A stretch of DNA of 64,000 nt. Origin: Candidatus Eiseniibacteriota bacterium. Lineage in GTDB: Bacteria > Eisenbacteria > RBG-16-71-46. Made by a program: the position numbers and the translations under genes. The notes beneath the pieces were generated by a model. The model ran no database searches. It had not been told where the DNA came from and saw nothing but the letters and a program-made list of their open reading frames with translations. This document shows, piece by piece, positions 59,220 through 64,000 of this stretch. The stretch lies in assembly GCA_963725865.1 (NCBI GenBank), contig CAVSAC010000010.1:480001-544000 (forward strand), written 5' to 3'. The first letter of the stretch is position 1, and each line of letters opens with the position of its first letter.

Positions 59220-60658
59220 GCCGTCCCCGCCCGCCGCTCGATCACCATGTCGCTCACCAACGCGCACAGCATCCAGAACGGGCCGGTGATCAGGATCGAG
59301 AAGAACCGGTCCCCGAACGCGCACGAGATCGCCATGGCGATCGTGGCGGCGCCCACCCCGACGGCGATCTGGCGGTCGAACCGATCGCGCGCCGCGCGCA
59401 TCCCGTCGAACCCGAGCTTCCAGCACAGCACCAGCAGGACGATGAAGGTGAGCAGTCCGAACGCGCCCATCTCGCCGAGCATGCGCAGGTAGGTGTTGTG
59501 CGCGGAGTCCTTCACCTCGAGCCCCAGCTCGTCGCCGGTCTCGGGCAGCACGTAGCCGAGGCCGGTGAAGCCCACGCCGTCGATCGGGTGCTCGGTGACC
59601 ACGTTCGTGACCGCGCGCCAGGTGTCGATGCGCGCCTGCGCGGAGCTCTCGAGCTTCTCCTCGTCGGTGCCCTCGACCTCGACCTGGGTGCCGACGATGC
59701 GCTCCTTCACGTAGTCCGGCGCCCACCAGGGCGCGGTCAGCAGCACCGCGAGCAGCACCCCCGTCATCATCCGCGAGGACCGCAGCGCGACGAAGCCGAG
59801 CGCCACGCCGAGCGCGATGAACGCGCCGCGCGAGACGGTGAACAGCACCGCCACCGAGCCGCAGATCACGGCGCCGAGCAGCACGGCCTGCTGCAGGCGG
59901 CTGCGCACCGCGGGCATGATCGCGGCCGCGAACGCGGTGTACATCGCGAGAAACGCGCCCAGCTCGTTCGGCTGTCCGAACGAGCCCTCGGCGCGCGCGC
60001 CGCGTCCGCTGCGACCGTAGGCGATCGTGACGATGGACTCCGCCAGCAGGCCGATCGCGACCGCCCACGAGATCGCCCGCCGGTCGCGCGAACCGCGCGC
60101 CATCGCGAGCGTGACGAAGTAGGTCGAGAACGTCATGGCGACGCGGAAGGTCTGGATGCCGGCCTCGGCGCCGTCGTACTCGTAGCCGGTCGGCAACGCG
60201 ACGCCGCGCACGACCGACAGCGCGATCAGCCCGAGCAGGACCAGGATCACCGCGTCGAGCGCGCCGTGGCGGAACACCGGCTCGCGGCGCATCACCTTCT
60301 GGAGCGCGTAGGTGAAGAACACCGAGAACACCAGCAGGTTGAGCGGGTTCATGCCCGGCACCGGCAGCACCGGCAGCCACGCCAGGAACGGCGTGACGAT
60401 CGGCAGCAGCAGCAGGCCGAAGCGCGGCATCGCGAGGATGGCGCCGATCGCGGAGGCCCCGATCAGGATCTTGACCAGCCGGTGCGGGTCCTGATCGAAC
60501 GTGTAGTCGAGCAGCACGAACACGCCGACCACGAACACCGCGACCACGCTGCCGAGCAGCGCGAGCAGCGGCCCGGAGAGCGTGGCGGCCTGGCGGCGCG
60601 CGGCCTCGCGCGCCTCGTGGACCTGCGCGCCCGGCCCGGCGTGGGGCTCGAAGCTCAC
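59216..60658 (-). CDS. O-antigen ligase/Wzy-like polymerase
   Basis: Multi-TM; RAEG.FGQPN.LG, T.SRG, S..ARI..W, HP..GVG, AHNTYL..LGEMG. Confidence 0.87.
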   Translation of the reverse strand: MSFEPHAGPGAQVHEAREAARRQAATLSGPLLALLGSVVAVFVVGVFVLLDYTFDQDPHRLVKILIGASAIGAILAMPRFGLLLLPIVTPFLAWLPVLPVPGMNPLNLLVFSVFFTYALQKVMRREPVFRHGALDAVILVLLGLIALSVVRGVALPTGYEYDGAEAGIQTFRVAMTFSTYFVTLAMARGSRDRRAISWAVAIGLLAESIVTIAYGRSGRGARAEGSFGQPNELGAFLAMYTAFAAAIMPAVRSRLQQAVLLGAVICGSVAVLFTVSRGAFIALGVALGFVALRSSRMMTGVLLAVLLTAPWWAPDYVKERIVGTQVEVEGTDEEKLESSAQARIDTWRAVTNVVTEHPIDGVGFTGLGYVLPETGDELGLEVKDSAHNTYLRMLGEMGAFGLLTFIVLLVLCWKLGFDGMRAARDRFDRQIAVGVGAATIAMAISCAFGDRFFSILITGPFWMLCALVSDMVIERRAGTA

Positions 60659-61662
60659 GCGGCCCTCCCGCCGGCGTCGCGCGAGCGCAGCGTCACGCGC
60701 CGCACGGCCGCCATCGGCGCGGCGCCGCGCTTGGCCCAGTCGCGCGCGCGGAGCCGCGCGAACCACTCCGGCGGGAGCACGCTGGCGCACGCCAGCAGCG
60801 CGACCGGTAGCGCGCGGTCGGGGAACATCCAGGCCCGCGCCAGGTGCGCCCGCGCCGCCGCGGCGTGCCCCTCGCGCAGGTCGGCGAGCGCGAGCTTGAA
60901 GTGCGCGAGCGCCTCGCGCCGGCGCGCGGCGCGCCGCAGCGGCGCGGGCAGCGCGGCGTCGGAGGCGAGCCGCCGGAACAGCGCCACATCGCCGGCCAGC
61001 CGCGCCTCGAACTGGCGCGTCAGCCCGCCCGCGCGGTGCTGGTAGCGCACCAGCGCGCGCCGCGATCCCGCCGCCGGCCAGCGGCTGGCGAGGCGGATCC
61101 ACAGGTCGAGGTCCTCGGCGTGGCTGAGCCCCTCGTCGAATCCGCCCAGCTCGGCCAGCGCCTCGCGCGCCACCACCACCGAGGAGGTGAGCACGAAGTT
61201 GACCTCGAACAGCTCGGCCACCGGCTGCCCGACGTAGTCGTCGGGCACCACCGCGTACGGCTCCAGCCACGACGCGCGCAGCTCGCCGTCGAGCGTGCGG
61301 AACGCGCCGTCGCTGAAGAACCAGCGCGCCGCCGGGGCGCGCGTGAACGCGGCCGCGGCGACCGCGAGCTTGTCCGGAAACCACACGTCGTCGGCGTCGA
61401 GGAAGCCCACCCACGGCGCGGCGGCGGCGCGCCAGCCGGCGTTGCGGGCCGCGGCCGCGCTGCCGAACCGGCCGCGCACGACGCGCACCGCGCTGCCGAA
61501 GCGCTGCTCGATCGCGTCGCCGGTGCCGTCGGTGGACGCGTCGTCGACCACCACGACCTCCGCGGCCGGGTGGGTCTGGCGCAGCACCGAGGCCACCGCG
61601 TCGAGCACGTCGGGCAGGCCGTCGTGCGCGGGGATCACCGCCGCGATCGCCGGGGCGCTCAC
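60655..61662 (-). CDS. Glycosyltransferase family 2
   Basis: VIPAH, VVVDDASTD, ARNAG, FLDADD, EDLDLW. Confidence 0.9.
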   Translation of the reverse strand: MSAPAIAAVIPAHDGLPDVLDAVASVLRQTHPAAEVVVVDDASTDGTGDAIEQRFGSAVRVVRGRFGSAAAARNAGWRAAAAPWVGFLDADDVWFPDKLAVAAAAFTRAPAARWFFSDGAFRTLDGELRASWLEPYAVVPDDYVGQPVAELFEVNFVLTSSVVVAREALAELGGFDEGLSHAEDLDLWIRLASRWPAAGSRRALVRYQHRAGGLTRQFEARLAGDVALFRRLASDAALPAPLRRAARRREALAHFKLALADLREGHAAAARAHLARAWMFPDRALPVALLACASVLPPEWFARLRARDWAKRGAAPMAAVRRVTLRSRDAGGRAA

Positions 61663-62660
61663 GCGCCGTCCCCGCGACCGCGCGTGCCGAGCCGGGGGGC
61701 GCGGCGCTTGACGCTCTGCACGGTCCGCTTGAGCCACGTCGAACGCATCAGGCGCGGCAGCAGCGGGCCCGGCGCCGTCGCCGCCCCGAGCGCGAGCACG
61801 CGCCGGGCGAGCGGACCGGCCACCGCCGCGCGCCGCATGCGCACCCGCCCCTCGCGCGGCCGTCCGGAGCGGAAGCAGCCGACCGCGAGGTCGAACTCCA
61901 GCGCCGCGGCGCGACCCCCCGCCAGCCGCCGCTCGCCGGCGCTGCGCCCCATCACGCCCGCGGCGACCCGTCGCATGATCGCGAGATCCTCGAGGAAGCG
62001 CGCCTCGTGCCGCCGCGACAGCTGCCCCGGATGCGTGAAGTAGCCCACCACGCGCTCCTCCAGCAGGCCGCCGGGAACCCGCGCGGCCACCTTGAGCCAC
62101 AGGTCGTAGTCGTGAGAGTACGCCAGCGAGGTGTCGAGCCCGCCCACGGCGTGATAGACGTCGCGGTGCACCATCATGCTGCTCATGAGCGGGAAGCAGC
62201 GTTCGAGCAGCGGCGGGAACAGGTCGCCGACCATCGTGCGCACCGGGCGGAAGTAGTCCGCGAGCCACGATTCGCGCAGCACTCCCTCGGCCGAGAACAG
62301 CCAGCCGTCGGTGCACATCCAGCGGACCTCGGGATGGGCGTCGAGGAACGCCAGCTGGAGCGCCAGCTTCTCCGGCGCCCAGGTGTCGTCCGAGTCGAGG
62401 AAGGCCAGCCACTGGCCCTGCGCCTGCGCCAGTCCCACGCTGCGCGTGGCGGCCGAGTTCCGGTGCGGCAGGCGCAGCACGCGCACCGGCGCGGCGTAGC
62501 GCGACTCGACCAGGTCCGCGGTCCCGTCGGTCGATCCGTCGTCGCACACCAGCACTTCGTCGGGCAGGCGGGTGCCGGCCAGCACGCTGTCGAGCGCGCG
62601 CTCGACGCACCACGCCGCGTTGTACGCCGACATCACGACGCTGACGGTGTGCGCGCTCAT
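61659..62660 (-). CDS. Glycosyltransferase family 2
   Basis: SVVMSAYN, DDGSTD, FLDSDD.W.PEKL, HDYDLW. Confidence 0.9.
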   Translation of the reverse strand: MSAHTVSVVMSAYNAAWCVERALDSVLAGTRLPDEVLVCDDGSTDGTADLVESRYAAPVRVLRLPHRNSAATRSVGLAQAQGQWLAFLDSDDTWAPEKLALQLAFLDAHPEVRWMCTDGWLFSAEGVLRESWLADYFRPVRTMVGDLFPPLLERCFPLMSSMMVHRDVYHAVGGLDTSLAYSHDYDLWLKVAARVPGGLLEERVVGYFTHPGQLSRRHEARFLEDLAIMRRVAAGVMGRSAGERRLAGGRAAALEFDLAVGCFRSGRPREGRVRMRRAAVAGPLARRVLALGAATAPGPLLPRLMRSTWLKRTVQSVKRRAPRLGTRGRGDGA

Positions 62661-64000
62661 CGGCCCGCCTCCGCGGCGGCGGCGGCGCGCGCGCGGCCGC
62701 CGGGCAGCAGCCGCAGCCAGCGCGCGCGCTCCTCGGGGCTCACGCCCCATCGCCACGCGATGACCGCGAACACCACCCAGGGCCCGGCGCAGGCGGCGAA
62801 CAAGGGCCCCCAGCCGACCGGACGCAGCAGCCCCTGGACGAGCAGCGCCGGGACCAGGAACGCGAGGGTGACCAGGCCGGGCTGCAGCATCCCCTCCCAG
62901 AGGTAGCGCCCGAACGGCATCGCCAGCGCGCGGCACGCGTACACCATGGTCGCCACGCCCCCGACCAGCGCGAGCGGGATCGCGGTGCCGAGCGCGACCC
63001 CCACGTTGCCGAGCGGCTTCACGAGCGCGATCGAGAGTCCGAGGTTGAGCAGCGCGTTGAGGATCGAGAGCGCCACCACGCCGCGATGGCGGCTGATGCC
63101 GTACAGCAGCGACGAGGCGGTGGACTGCGGCAGCGAGATCAGCGTGGGCACCGTGAGGATGGTGAGCAGCAGCGCCGCGTCGCGGTACTTCGCCCCCACC
63201 CAGGTCTCGAGCAGGTTCGCGCCGAAGATGATCAGCCCGAACAGCACCGGCCACGCCAGCAGCACCGAGTACTTCGAGCCGAGCACCAGCATGGCGTGGA
63301 GCTTGTCGTGCTCGCCGCGCGTCTCGAGCTCGCTCGCGGTCGGCGCCAGCACCCAGGTGGCCGAATAGACCAGCGACCGCGCGTTGTCCACCAGACCGGC
63401 GGCGAGCGCGAACGGGGTCACCAGCGCCGCGCCGAGGAACGAGGTGATCACCAGCGCGTCGGTCTGGAACGCGATGCTCGAGGCGAGCGCGCCGATGAAC
63501 GCGATGCCACTGTACGATCCGATCAGGCGCAGGTGCGGTCCGTCGACGTGGCGCAGGCCGTACCGCACGCGGGGCAGCAGCCGGAACACGTACACCATCG
63601 AGATCAGGTAGCCGAGCAGGTTCATGACGAGCGAGGTCCACGCCAGCCCCACCAACCCGCCGCCCATCCGCAGCACCACCACGAACGCGAACGCGCGCAC
63701 CACCCCGATCGCGATCCCGACGCCGTTCGCGATGTCGTAGCGCTGGAGCCCCGAGAGCGTCGCGCCGAACACGCCGAGCGGGAATCCGAGCGCCAGCGAC
63801 AGGCCGGCGAGCCACACCACCTGGCGCGCCACGTCCATCTGCGACGGCTCGATCTTGAGCCACAGGTGGAGCGTCGCGGCCACCACCGCGGTGGCGGCCG
63901 CGGTGAGCGCGCCCACGCCGGTGTACAGCGTGATCGCGCTGTTGATCGTGCGGGTCAGTCCCTCGTCGTCGCCGCGGGCGTGGTCGCGCGAGACGTAGCG
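62657..64000 (-). CDS. Wzx-like polysaccharide flippase, 5' end beyond the window
   Basis: Many TM segments; RYVSRD..RGD, TDALVI..FLG...V..F, NLGLSI.LV..LG..GVALGT. Confidence 0.85.
   Translation of the reverse strand, partial: RYVSRDHARGDDEGLTRTINSAITLYTGVGALTAAATAVVAATLHLWLKIEPSQMDVARQVVWLAGLSLALGFPLGVFGATLSGLQRYDIANGVGIAIGVVRAFAFVVVLRMGGGLVGLAWTSLVMNLLGYLISMVYVFRLLPRVRYGLRHVDGPHLRLIGSYSGIAFIGALASSIAFQTDALVITSFLGAALVTPFALAAGLVDNARSLVYSATWVLAPTASELETRGEHDKLHAMLVLGSKYSVLLAWPVLFGLIIFGANLLETWVGAKYRDAALLLTILTVPTLISLPQSTASSLLYGISRHRGVVALSILNALLNLGLSIALVKPLGNVGVALGTAIPLALVGGVATMVYACRALAMPFGRYLWEGMLQPGLVTLAFLVPALLVQGLLRPVGWGPLFAACAGPWVVFAVIAWRWGVSPEERARWLRLLPGGRARAAAAAEAGR

Overview
A very GC-rich chromosomal segment from a diderm bacterium. 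The gene content (PorV-like barrel, FlgD/T9SS-like C-terminal domains, GWxTD protein, exosortase with PrsK/PrsR) suggests an FCB-related lineage such as Ca. Eisenbacteria; this is inference only. Left to right: (1) mrp-iscS divergent from a radical SAM plus metallophosphoesterase pair. (2) A coupled five-gene operon: large repetitive secreted protein with a CTD, PorV-like barrel fused to TPRs, membrane HAMP-PP2C-anti-sigma-kinase fusion, STAS protein and GAF histidine kinase. This is the best candidate for an undescribed trans-envelope signalling system. (3) An 11-kb minus-strand run mreB(frameshifted)-mreCD-mrdA-rodA-lgt-aroE-comF-cbiMQO-rarA. (4) An OM barrel with two lipoproteins, a porin-like gene with a long structured leader, and NlpC/P60, GWxTD, M6 and M23 peptidases. 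(5) ileS with an Ile (AUC) T-box riboswitch. (6) A complete IS481-family element inserted exactly in the overlapping stop codons of ileS and a deoxynucleoside kinase gene. (7) A minus-strand exopolysaccharide/exosortase/PrsK-PrsR locus running off the right edge. No rRNA, tRNA or CRISPR array was seen. Many long ORFs in the supplied track are GC-rich shadow frames. Start codons were refined by eye from stop/start overlaps and protein motifs.
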